IMG/VR virus record: IMGVR_UViG_3300033150_000672
Coordinates: 1 to 62,184 of that record
Length of the DNA: 62,184 bases
From: a virus
Taxonomy: Duplodnaviria > Caudoviricetes
Direction: 5' to 3' (one strand)
Part shown: piece after piece, positions 1-7,724 of the stretch
Layout: the number at the start of each line of letters is the position of its first letter
How positions within the stretch are numbered: position 1 is the stretch's first letter
Translations under genes and position numbers: made by a program
Notes under the pieces: generated by a model
Seen by the model: the letters and a program-made list of their open reading frames with translations, nothing else
Databases searched by the model: none
What the model was told of the DNA's origin: nothing

Positions 1-366
1 AGGAGGGGTTGTTGTGTATTTGACGAGATGAAAAAAAATAGTTAAAAAAACATAAAAAAAAGAAAAATATAATAATAAAATATAAATAAATAAAACTATT
101 TTTATTTATATTATTATATAATACTGTAATTTTCTAAATTTTATCCCCTCATTGGCGCTCTATCGATCAGCTATGATAGTTGCACAGTTTCATTTATTAC
201 TTCACAGCAACTTTATATTCGCCAAAATCTAGTCATTTATAATCGTCTATCTCCTCCACTATCAATCGCGATAATTGCTGATAATCTATAATCCACCAAA
301 ACGCGTTTTGATTTTTGGTTTTATAGATTCCTTTCTTTTCTAGACCTCAGGCCCCTCAGGCCAGAT

Positions 367-450
367 TTAAGGCCATATTGAAGGCCGTTCACCACGATTG
401 CCACCAATACCAGCATAAAGGTTCAAAACTCTCAACTTATCATCACTCAT
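367..450 (-). pseudogene. Truncated C5-cytosine DNA methyltransferase N-terminal remnant (27 aa)
   Basis: Manual translation MSDDKLRVLNLYAGIGGNRGERPSIWP*. LNLYAGIGGNR resembles motif I (SAM-binding) of viral C5-MTases. It follows ORF 451-654 directly behind a GAGG RBS and stops after 27 codons. Confidence 0.6.
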
Positions 451-654
451 TTATCCGAAAACCTCCTCAATAATTTCATTTAATTCTTTAACACTAATTT
501 TAATAGCAAAGTCCTTTCCAATACCATAATTATTAATTCTTCTCTTCAATTCTTGTAAACATTCCAAAATATCTTTTTTATAAAAACAATTATCTTTCGA
601 AAGATGAACACTAACTTCACGTTCCAACAAAGGAACAAACTTATCATCACTCAT
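451..654 (-). CDS. Small hypothetical early protein
   Basis: ORF track; ATGA overlap with upstream gene; GGAGGG RBS. Confidence 0.7.
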   Translation of the reverse strand: MSDDKFVPLLEREVSVHLSKDNCFYKKDILECLQELKRRINNYGIGKDFAIKISVKELNEIIEEVFG

Positions 655-950
655 TTCAAACCCTCCAATTTTTTTTGTTTTATCTTTTGTTTCATTTCTT
701 TTATCTTTCTTTTTATTTCTTTTATTAGTTCATCACTCCAATGCAATAAGTTTTGAGTGTAGCATATTCTTACTTCTTTGCTTATATACTCTATTTCATA
801 TCTTACGTCATACATTCCAAATTGTAACCAACAAAAATCCACGCTCCATCCCTTTGGCAGTTCTTTTAATAACTTTCTACCAAAGGCCTGCTCTGCGCTC
901 CAAGAAATGTTAAATCCTTCTGTGCCTTTTTTTGTTGTTGATGTTATCAT
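651..950 (-). CDS. Hypothetical early protein (start adjusted to MITST)
   Basis: GGAGGTGA RBS before ATG at 950. Confidence 0.7.
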   Translation of the reverse strand: MITSTTKKGTEGFNISWSAEQAFGRKLLKELPKGWSVDFCWLQFGMYDVRYEIEYISKEVRICYTQNLLHWSDELIKEIKRKIKEMKQKIKQKKLEGLK

Positions 951-981
951 CTTTTTATCACCTCCGTGTTGCAAATATGAT

Positions 982-1150
982 AGCAGGAGCATCTAGACCA
1001 ATCAATTTAAAAGGAGATGCTCGATTTCACCCCTGTTGTCCTCCAGGAGGCTACATATGCTGCAAAATGTGTTCATAGGCGATAAGTGTAGGCGCTGTAT
1101 TTATCACTCATGGCCCGATTTCTTTCAACTCATATCTAGATGCTCCCGCT
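982..1150 (-). ncRNA. Candidate structured RNA closed by a 16-bp stem
   Basis: 982-997 and 1135-1150 are complementary with one G-U pair on the minus strand; internal hairpins; GC-richer intergenic segment with no ORF. Confidence 0.5.
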
Positions 1151-1198
1151 TAAAAAATAAAAAACATAATTGACTCAATACGAGTCATAAAGTTAAAA

Positions 1199-1345
1199 CT
1201 ACGATAATATTCTCTCATTGTGGTCTCTTATGTCTTCTGTGCTCCAAACCAAATGCCACTCATGCTCACAATCATCAACGCCTGAGTCACCACCGAACCA
1301 CGATTCAGCGCCACAATGAATACAAACATATCCTTCATCTGTCAT
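1199..1345 (-). CDS. Small Zn-binding-like protein (48 aa, CxxC...CxH)
   Basis: Manual translation MTDEGYVCIHCGAESWFGGDSGVDDCEHEW...; abuts the stop of 1348-1581. Confidence 0.6.
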   Translation of the reverse strand: MTDEGYVCIHCGAESWFGGDSGVDDCEHEWHLVWSTEDIRDHNERILS

Positions 1346-1347
1346 TT

Positions 1348-1581
1348 TTACTCACATCCTGCTAGGTCTATGGTTATTGCTTTGTTTGTTTTTATTATTC
1401 TTTCATTCTTATTGCCGTAAGGAACAACATTCACTTTATTAATTCCGTTAAGGTAATTGTTTATGGTTATTCTGACATAACCATCATGCTTCTGAAAGTG
1501 AATCGTTGCTTCTAATTGCTCTTTATCATCTTCTAGGTCAATGTCTATTGAGTTTTCATGCTGATTTATTTTTGTTTTCAT
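1348..1581 (-). CDS. Hypothetical protein
   Basis: ORF track; GGAGG RBS. Confidence 0.7.
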   Translation of the reverse strand: MKTKINQHENSIDIDLEDDKEQLEATIHFQKHDGYVRITINNYLNGINKVNVVPYGNKNERIIKTNKAITIDLAGCE

Positions 1582-1756
1582 TTTTTAAAACCTCCTCCAA
1601 TACAATATCCAACAAGACCAGGGCTAATTCTCCCCCTTCAAAATCATTATCTAGCGCCCTCGCCATTTCATTTTTGCTTGCTCCTTCTTTTATCATTTCT
1701 CTAATATCGCATAAGACCGCTGAGTCATTATGCTGAAACTCTTTTTTCAATCTCAT
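1556..1756 (-). CDS. Hypothetical protein
   Basis: ORF track; GAGGTGA RBS. Confidence 0.7.
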   Translation of the reverse strand: MRLKKEFQHNDSAVLCDIREMIKEGASKNEMARALDNDFEGGELALVLLDIVLEEVLKNENKNKSA

Positions 1757-1794
1757 TTTTTAATCACCTCAATATTTCTATTTATTATCCACTC

Positions 1795-1923
1795 TTAGGT
1801 TTCTTTTTCTTCTTCTCCTTCTTCTATTTCTTCGTCATAATCTTCTGTTAAATCCCAGCCATAATCAGCATAAACTTCGCTTTTTGGCTTAAACTTTTTG
1901 TATTCCCTATTACAATTTAACAT
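1795..1923 (-). CDS. Small protein with acidic C-terminus (42 aa)
   Basis: Manual translation MLNCNREYKK...DYDEEIEEGEEEKET*; GAGGTGA RBS. Confidence 0.55.
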   Translation of the reverse strand: MLNCNREYKKFKPKSEVYADYGWDLTEDYDEEIEEGEEEKET

Positions 1924-1989
1924 TTTATTCATCACCTCTCCTTATAATTAATTATTGTCTTTGCTTAACTTCTTATTTTTTCTGTTCGT

Positions 1990-2298
1990 TTAATCGTCAT
2001 TTGGAAATGATACTGGAGGCCCATTCCAAGTATCTTCCTCCTTATCATTTTCTTCATTTTCTTCTACCTCTCTCCAATTTTCTCTCTCTCGAATCTTCAT
2101 TCTCATAACCCCAACCTCTCTTTTGTATGTTGGAAGTTCCTTTTTTGGAACTTGTTCAACATTTTTAATTATAAAATATTCATGGTCTTTTACCATATCA
2201 TCATTTAAAATGCTTAGCCATTCTCTCCTCATTCTGCCTATATTTATTCGGACGCTGACTTTTTTATGTTTTTTGTCTCCTTCATAATAATCTTCCAT
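1990..2298 (-). CDS. Hypothetical protein
   Basis: ORF track; GAGGTGA RBS. Confidence 0.7.
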   Translation of the reverse strand: MEDYYEGDKKHKKVSVRINIGRMRREWLSILNDDMVKDHEYFIIKNVEQVPKKELPTYKREVGVMRMKIRERENWREVEENEENDKEEDTWNGPPVSFPNDD

Positions 2299-2311
2299 TT
2301 TTCACTCACCT

Positions 2312-2704
2312 CTCCTTTTTTGTGAATAGTAAAAAAAGAGGAATATTTAATATTCCTCAATAATAAAACGTTTATTAAGTAATTTAAATTTATCTGGGTC
2401 TGTTATTGCTTTTAGAATTAACCAAATCATTTCACCTGTATGTATGTCTCCCCCTTCCTCGTCGCCTATAATAAATCCTGGGGTTTCGCAATTCCAGACC
2501 GTATAACCTGAGGAATTAATTTCAGAATCAACTATAAGTGTTTTATTTTCTACCTTTATCTCAAAGCCATGCATTCTGCAACACCTGTCCTCCAATTCTG
2601 TAAGTTCTCTTTCGTAACCTTCCTCGTCATATAAATCGATTTTAGCACCTTCGCAAAAGATTTCATAATCCATGCGAATCACCTCCTTTTTTGTGAATAG
2701 TAAA
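2312..2704 (-). repeat. 22-bp direct repeat in the leaders of two consecutive genes (2312-2333, 2683-2704)
   Basis: CTCCTTTTTTGTGAATAGTAAA occurs twice, each just upstream of or overlapping the RBS on the minus strand. Confidence 0.85.
2347..2673 (-). CDS. Acidic hypothetical early protein (start MDYEIF)
   Basis: GGAGGTGA RBS before ATG at 2673. Confidence 0.7.
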   Translation of the reverse strand: MDYEIFCEGAKIDLYDEEGYERELTELEDRCCRMHGFEIKVENKTLIVDSEINSSGYTVWNCETPGFIIGDEEGGDIHTGEMIWLILKAITDPDKFKLLNKRFIIEEY

Positions 2705-2709
2705 GTAAA

Positions 2710-2935
2710 ATAAAAAAAATAAAAGGAGAGAGATTTTAAATCTCGCTTAAACCTGCCTTTAACAACGTGTTTTAAACGTTGGCGCTTAAACTGTATTATT
2801 GTTATTAATAGCACTCATAAGAAACTAAAATGGTGCTAACGAGCCAGTTTTACTATTGTAACATTACTTAGCGCCTACCTTTACATTATAACAGGCCTCT
2901 TGCCTATTATAACGTTACTACCTGTCTATTTTACT
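2710..2935 (-). ncRNA. Candidate ~220-nt structured RNA or long 5' leader
   Basis: TATA box upstream; 14-bp hairpin with two G-U pairs only on the minus strand (2883-2915); further stems; terminal hairpin followed by a U-tract. Confidence 0.55.
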
Positions 2936-2954
2936 AATAAATATATAACATTGT

Positions 2955-2972
2955 TTATTTATAAATGTTACG
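2955..2972 (-). promoter_or_regulatory. Archaeal BRE/TATA promoter (leftward)
   Basis: AACGTAACATTTATAAA on the minus strand; mirrors the rightward promoter at 3274-3290. Confidence 0.6.
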
Positions 2973-3273
2973 TTTTATAATCTAATTACAGAGCCAATGA
3001 CGGAGGTATGTAGGAGAGGTATTTTTTGTTACTGTAGAATAGTAACAGATGGAGGCCTCCTCCTAAAAACGCTTAAAAGGAGGGGTAGGCCAAGTTACGG
3101 ACAAAGGAGGGGATACTCTTCATAGTCAGGGAATCTCCACTCACCAACCTCCTCCTCCACCAAAATCTATATTTTTCAACTTCTATATTTAACTTCTAAC
3201 TGTTATAACTTCACAGTAACAAAAAACCACTTTTTCTTCAATCACCAAAAAATTTAAATTTAGCATCAATCAT

Positions 3274-3290
3274 AACAAAACATTTATAAA
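3274..3290 (+). promoter_or_regulatory. Archaeal BRE/TATA promoter, leaderless transcript
   Basis: AACAAAACATTTATAAA ends about 22 nt before ATG 3312, which has no RBS. Confidence 0.7.
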
Positions 3291-3311
3291 CACAGAAATA
3301 ATATTATAACT

Positions 3312-3746
3312 ATGAAATTAATTAATAAAACAAAATATTTGACAAAAGACCTAAAGAAACTATTTGAAAAGATAATAAAAGAAAACGGAATAAAATCAAG
3401 CGATATAGAAGTAAAGGTAACAACATCAAAAATAAAAAGAAGTTTTAGAAGAAGAAGTTTTGAAGACACGGTTCACGGAACGGCGTATAGATGGAACAAC
3501 TTTATTCACATGAGAATACCAGAAAAACTTCAAATAATTACATACAACAAAAACGGAAGGCGGACAATTTTCAGAGAACTTGAAAAACTTGATATGGAAC
3601 AAACCAAAATGGTTGCACGCGTGTTTGAACACGAATTAGACCATATAAGAGGAATAGACAAACACATAGACATGGTTAATTGGTGGGAAAAAGATGTAGA
3701 ATATATCGGAGACGTTGAAATTCAAAAAAGGGAGGATATAAAATGA
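3312..3746 (+). CDS. Putative zincin-like metallopeptidase
   Basis: HExxH motif (VFEHELDHIRG). Confidence 0.55.
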   Translation: MKLINKTKYLTKDLKKLFEKIIKENGIKSSDIEVKVTTSKIKRSFRRRSFEDTVHGTAYRWNNFIHMRIPEKLQIITYNKNGRRTIFRELEKLDMEQTKMVARVFEHELDHIRGIDKHIDMVNWWEKDVEYIGDVEIQKREDIK

Positions 3747-3961
3747 AAGAAATGATTAAAGATTTTTTTAAATTTTACTTTTTAATGATATTTACAATTT
3801 TGTTAGGATTCTTAATTTTATCTCCAACTATTTTTCTTGCTGATTTTGCTTCTCAATATGGTGCTGATTGGGTTTTGTTGATAATGATTTTATTATCTCC
3901 GTTCAATTTGGTTGTGATATTGGTTATATTAGAGAAAGTAGTTAATGAGGTGTTTAAATGA
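3743..3961 (+). CDS. Small membrane protein (2 TM)
   Basis: Two hydrophobic stretches; GGAGG RBS. Confidence 0.7.
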   Translation: MKEMIKDFFKFYFLMIFTILLGFLILSPTIFLADFASQYGADWVLLIMILLSPFNLVVILVILEKVVNEVFK

Positions 3962-4158
3962 GTGAAAGATATTATATAACTGGTGTGCAGTTGGGATTAA
4001 TTAAGGGATTGGCAAGTGATAAGCATGTTTGTGATTTGGTGAATGAAATTATTGCCGAGCAGTTTATAGGAAGAATGAAAGAACCATATAGTGATTATGA
4101 AATTATTATTAGGAGGAAGAAGAATAAGAGAGGGAGGAAAAAGAATGAGAAAGTTTAA
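3958..4158 (+). CDS. Hypothetical protein
   Basis: ORF track; GAGGTG RBS; ATGA overlap. Confidence 0.7.
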   Translation: MSERYYITGVQLGLIKGLASDKHVCDLVNEIIAEQFIGRMKEPYSDYEIIIRRKKNKRGRKKNEKV

Positions 4159-4519
4159 ATTTCGTGCTTGGAGTGAACATTTGAAAGTAATGCATTATGA
4201 AATAAAGAAGATTGAGCAGGTAGATGGATGGAAAATAATGCAATGGACTGGACTCAAAGATAAGAATGGCAAGGATATTTATGAAGGAGATATTGTAAAG
4301 TTAATCTTACCGATTAGTAGAGTAGTCGATAAGAATATGTTTGAAAGTGGATTAGATAATAAGAATATGTTTGAATTAATAGTTGGCGAGATTATATTTG
4401 AAGATTGTGAATTTTGTTTAAAAATAACAGAAGAGGAGAGGCATAGTATTTCCTCTCGTTATACTATTGAAGTTGTTGGTAACATTTTTGAGAATCCTGA
4501 GTTGGTGAAAGAGAAATGA
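4145..4519 (+). CDS. YopX-family protein
   Basis: KFRAW...MQWTGLKDKNGKDIYEGDIV...EVVGNIFENPEL signature. Confidence 0.9.
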   Translation: MRKFKFRAWSEHLKVMHYEIKKIEQVDGWKIMQWTGLKDKNGKDIYEGDIVKLILPISRVVDKNMFESGLDNKNMFELIVGEIIFEDCEFCLKITEEERHSISSRYTIEVVGNIFENPELVKEK

Positions 4520-4863
4520 CTAATAAGGAGTTGCCGATGTTTAAATTATGTTTTAGTCCTGAAATTTATGAGGCCATAACTCATGAAATAAAAAGAAGTG
4601 AAAACAAACCTTTAGAATTACCAGAACCCGTTAAAACCAAGCATGGATGGTATGATTGTGTTCTTGGTAGTAATTGTGAAGAGGTTTGTGACCATAAGAC
4701 TAAGAGAGAAGCATTAAATCATGCTAAAAAGATTTTAAAGTATTTGAATAGTCCTTGTATGGAGTGTGGTGATGGGACTTTGGTTTGTAATTGTGATTTA
4801 TTGTATCATAAGTTGTCTAAATGTGATTGGAAAATTAATAAGTTGGTGAAAGATAATGGTTGA
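4516..4863 (+). CDS. Cys-rich hypothetical protein
   Basis: ORF track; GGTGA RBS. Confidence 0.7.
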   Translation: MTNKELPMFKLCFSPEIYEAITHEIKRSENKPLELPEPVKTKHGWYDCVLGSNCEEVCDHKTKREALNHAKKILKYLNSPCMECGDGTLVCNCDLLYHKLSKCDWKINKLVKDNG

Positions 4864-5101
4864 TTTTATGGAAGTTATGATGTGGATACTTGCTTTTTGT
4901 AGTATAGTATTAATATTACAGTTTTTCTTTTCATTAATAGATGATAAAATTACTTGTTATGAGATAACTGTTAGTGGCAGGACAATTCTTTGCGAAAATA
5001 TTTATTGCTACAATAGCAATTGTAAGTTTTATGATTGTGCTGATGGTTACAAGTATTTTGATGATAGTGTTGACAGGTATAGGTTGGTGAAGTGTGAATG
5101 A
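4856..5101 (+). CDS. Small protein with N-terminal TM and Cys-rich ectodomain
   Basis: Hydrophobic N-terminus; several Cys. Confidence 0.7.
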   Translation: MVDFMEVMMWILAFCSIVLILQFFFSLIDDKITCYEITVSGRTILCENIYCYNSNCKFYDCADGYKYFDDSVDRYRLVKCE

Positions 5102-5394
5102 AGTGTAGTATTTGTGGTAGAACTATTGGAACGAGTGGTAAGTGTTTTGATTATGAAATAGAGAAATTATATAGGAGAGGTTTTTTTGAAACTGCAATAA
5201 AATTATTAGAAGAACACGAGCACGTGCATAGGTTTTACCCGACAGGAGATAAAAGAAGTATTAAAATGGAAGATGAAATAAAGGATGCTATTGGTTCAGA
5301 CAAATATTCAACAAGGCACTTATCAATGTATGACGACATTGAATATAAGTTTATTTGTGAGTGCGGACTGACGAAATGGGTGAGAGAGAAATGA
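5098..5394 (+). CDS. Zn-finger-like protein
   Basis: CSICG and CECG motifs. Confidence 0.7.
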   Translation: MKCSICGRTIGTSGKCFDYEIEKLYRRGFFETAIKLLEEHEHVHRFYPTGDKRSIKMEDEIKDAIGSDKYSTRHLSMYDDIEYKFICECGLTKWVREK

Positions 5395-5525
5395 GTGATG
5401 AAATAGTTAAAAAAATTCTTCTTGAACACAACAAGATGATAAAAAAATTGATAGAATTATGTGCAAAAAATGATAGAAGAATTTCAGAATTAATAATTAG
5501 ACAAAAGTTGGAGGATTTGAAATGA
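5391..5525 (+). CDS. Small hypothetical protein (44 aa)
   Basis: Manual translation MSDEIVKK...; GGTGA RBS; ATGA overlaps on both sides. Confidence 0.65.
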   Translation: MSDEIVKKILLEHNKMIKKLIELCAKNDRRISELIIRQKLEDLK

Positions 5526-5692
5526 TAGTAATTTATGATGAGAGTAAGGAAATAAGATTGACTATTCGAGAGTTAGAAAAATTTAATTATTTATTAGATA
5601 AAATATTTACACGTTATAAAATTGTTCCTGCTGAACCAAACACTGAAAGCACAACAGAACATAGTTATTATAAATGGGTGAAATGTAAATGA
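5522..5692 (+). CDS. Small hypothetical protein (56 aa)
   Basis: Manual translation MIVIYDES...; GGAGG RBS; ATGA overlaps. Confidence 0.65.
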   Translation: MIVIYDESKEIRLTIRELEKFNYLLDKIFTRYKIVPAEPNTESTTEHSYYKWVKCK

Positions 5693-5895
5693 GTTATTTT
5701 AGGAAGTTTTTTGGAAGATTGGGATTCAGTGTTGGCTTGTTTAAGACAGATTATAAAACATATCATTTTGAGTTTTTTAATGTTGGATTAAAGTTACAAG
5801 AGGTTGATATTCCTTTTGCGTATGAATTGGAATTTAATGTTGTGTTGTTTAATGTTGAGTTTTGTATAAGTTTGTGGTGGAGAAGGGATGACTAA
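5689..5895 (+). CDS. Hypothetical aromatic-rich protein
   Basis: ORF track; GGTGA RBS. Confidence 0.65.
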   Translation: MSYFRKFFGRLGFSVGLFKTDYKTYHFEFFNVGLKLQEVDIPFAYELEFNVVLFNVEFCISLWWRRDD

Positions 5896-6139
5896 GAAAT
5901 TAAGTGAAATTGAAAAACATATTGTGAGTGATGATTATAATAGTTTCTCTATACTTGATGGAAAATCAGAAGATTCATTTATTTATACTAAAGATTTGAA
6001 ATCTCTTGCTCGTGAATGGATAAAAGAATTAGAAGAAGAATTTTATAAAAATGAGAAATTAGGGCTTGGAGGAAACATGACTTATTTTAAAGCCCAGATT
6101 GATTGGATTAAAAAGAATATTTTGGAGGAGAAAGAATGA
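5888..6139 (+). CDS. KKLSE-family paralog 1
   Basis: Shares MTKKLSE / SLAREWIK / WIKKNILEE blocks with 6136-6480 and 6670-6993. Confidence 0.8.
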   Translation: MTKKLSEIEKHIVSDDYNSFSILDGKSEDSFIYTKDLKSLAREWIKELEEEFYKNEKLGLGGNMTYFKAQIDWIKKNILEEKE

Positions 6140-6480
6140 TTAAAAAATTAAGTGAATTAAAACAAATATTAAGGATAATGCTTGATGATTTGGAACCTGA
6201 TTTAGCACGAATAACAATAACTAATAATAGATTTTATGGAGAGGAACAATTAAAATCTTGGGCTCGGGAGTGGGTAAAACAGTTAAAGAAAGAATTAGAA
6301 TCTGTTATTGCTGGCATATCTTTTAGTTTAAGTCATATCACATGGAGTAATATGTCAAAGAAAGAACAGGAAAAATTAAGAAAAGATGGTTTGTGGAGTT
6401 ATAAATGCAAATTAGAAGGACAGATTGAATGGATTGAAAGGAATATTTTGGAGGAAGAAAAAATTGGATGCAAAAGTTAA
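6136..6480 (+). CDS. KKLSE-family paralog 2
   Basis: Same three conserved blocks. Confidence 0.8.
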   Translation: MIKKLSELKQILRIMLDDLEPDLARITITNNRFYGEEQLKSWAREWVKQLKKELESVIAGISFSLSHITWSNMSKKEQEKLRKDGLWSYKCKLEGQIEWIERNILEEEKIGCKS

Positions 6481-6673
6481 AACAATTTCAACATCAACAA
6501 CAAATGGTATTGTTTATTGTTGGGCAGAAGTAATTATTAGTTTAAGTGAGGAAGAATTTGAAAAGTTAATGAAAGAAAAAAAGAAATTGTTACAAGTTAA
6601 AAAACTTGGGGTGAAATGTATGATTAAATCATTTTTAGATGATTTGAGTGTAACAGAGGATGAGTTGAAATGA
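6425..6673 (+). CDS. Hypothetical protein (true start probably nearer 6464-6470)
   Basis: ORF track; fills the gap between paralogs. Confidence 0.5.
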   Translation: MNGLKGIFWRKKKLDAKVKTISTSTTNGIVYCWAEVIISLSEEEFEKLMKEKKKLLQVKKLGVKCMIKSFLDDLSVTEDELK

Positions 6674-6993
6674 CTAAAAAATTAAGTGAGTTAAAGAAAG
6701 AGATAGAATTATGTAAGAAATGCGATAGTGATTTTTTAGATGACGGATATTGTGTGGAGTGTGGAAGTAATGAAAGTTATGATACTTATGTTATTAAATA
6801 TGATAAGTTATTGTCTTTGGCTCGGAAATGGATAAAACATTTGGGTGCAAATCTTAATCATACAGAATTAACTGTTGAAATTATAAAGCATCAAGAAGAA
6901 CTTGAAAAAGAATATGGAAAAAATATTAGTTTAGAAATGATTGAGTTTTTAGACTGGTGGATTCGTAAGAATATTTTGGAGGAAGAAAAATGA
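6670..6993 (+). CDS. KKLSE-family paralog 3 with inserted Zn ribbon
   Basis: Conserved blocks plus CKKC...CVECG. Confidence 0.8.
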   Translation: MTKKLSELKKEIELCKKCDSDFLDDGYCVECGSNESYDTYVIKYDKLLSLARKWIKHLGANLNHTELTVEIIKHQEELEKEYGKNISLEMIEFLDWWIRKNILEEEK

Positions 6994-7235
6994 GCACATA
7001 TTATTATCTTGTTTGCGATAAATGTAAGAAAAAAGTATTTTTAACAAGCAATAGGTTTTATCCAAATATGTCAATTGATGATGTTAAGTTACTAAATCAG
7101 TTTTTATCAAATCATTTTAGATGTAAAAATAAAGGACATAGTATTGGAATTTATAAAGGAACTATTAGAATAACTTGTGAACATGAAATTGGAATTGAAA
7201 ATTATAAAAATGAAAGGTTGGAGGAAGAAGAATGA
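6990..7235 (+). CDS. Small Zn-binding protein
   Basis: MSTYYYLVCDKC...FL..H..C..H. Confidence 0.7.
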   Translation: MSTYYYLVCDKCKKKVFLTSNRFYPNMSIDDVKLLNQFLSNHFRCKNKGHSIGIYKGTIRITCEHEIGIENYKNERLEEEE

Positions 7236-7600
7236 ATGAATTGATTGATATAAAAAAAGTTGGATTAAATGGTGTAATAAAGAGAATGAAAACAAGAAAA
7301 CATGATGAATTATTGATTACATTTAAAAAAATAAATACCATTCCTCGGGCCTGGATTATACTTCGTCATTTTAAATTTCAAGGAATTGTTTGGTGGGGAT
7401 GTATGACTGGATGGAGAAGAATATATGGAGGTAGATTATATACCACAGAAGAAATAAAAGAAAAATTAAACAAAGAATGGAATAATATAAAGAAAATAGA
7501 GTGGCATAATATCAAAAGAAATTGGAAAAAAATAATAGAAGAAAGTAGAATTAGGAGAGGAAAGAGAAGTTTCTTAAGAAAAAGACAAAAAGAAAAATGA
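7232..7600 (+). CDS. Basic hypothetical protein
   Basis: ORF track; GGAGG RBS. Confidence 0.65.
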   Translation: MNELIDIKKVGLNGVIKRMKTRKHDELLITFKKINTIPRAWIILRHFKFQGIVWWGCMTGWRRIYGGRLYTTEEIKEKLNKEWNNIKKIEWHNIKRNWKKIIEESRIRRGKRSFLRKRQKEK

Positions 7601-7724
7601 TTGCAGGTTGTTATACATCACATCGTGATAAAAAATGTGAATGTGGTAAAAAGGCGATGTATAGATTTAGAGGAAGATATTATTGTAAAAAATGTTTCAA
7701 AAAAATTCATTTGGAGGTAAAGGT

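Noticed and set aside
3076-3112. Archaeal ORB elements (G-string)
   Set aside because: AAAGGAGGGG occurs twice but lacks the TCCA...GAAA core, and no Orc1/Cdc6 gene is present
4328-4375. Short duplication (D/N)KNMFE in the YopX-like gene
   Set aside because: Local 17-bp duplication in a variable loop; no evidence of function
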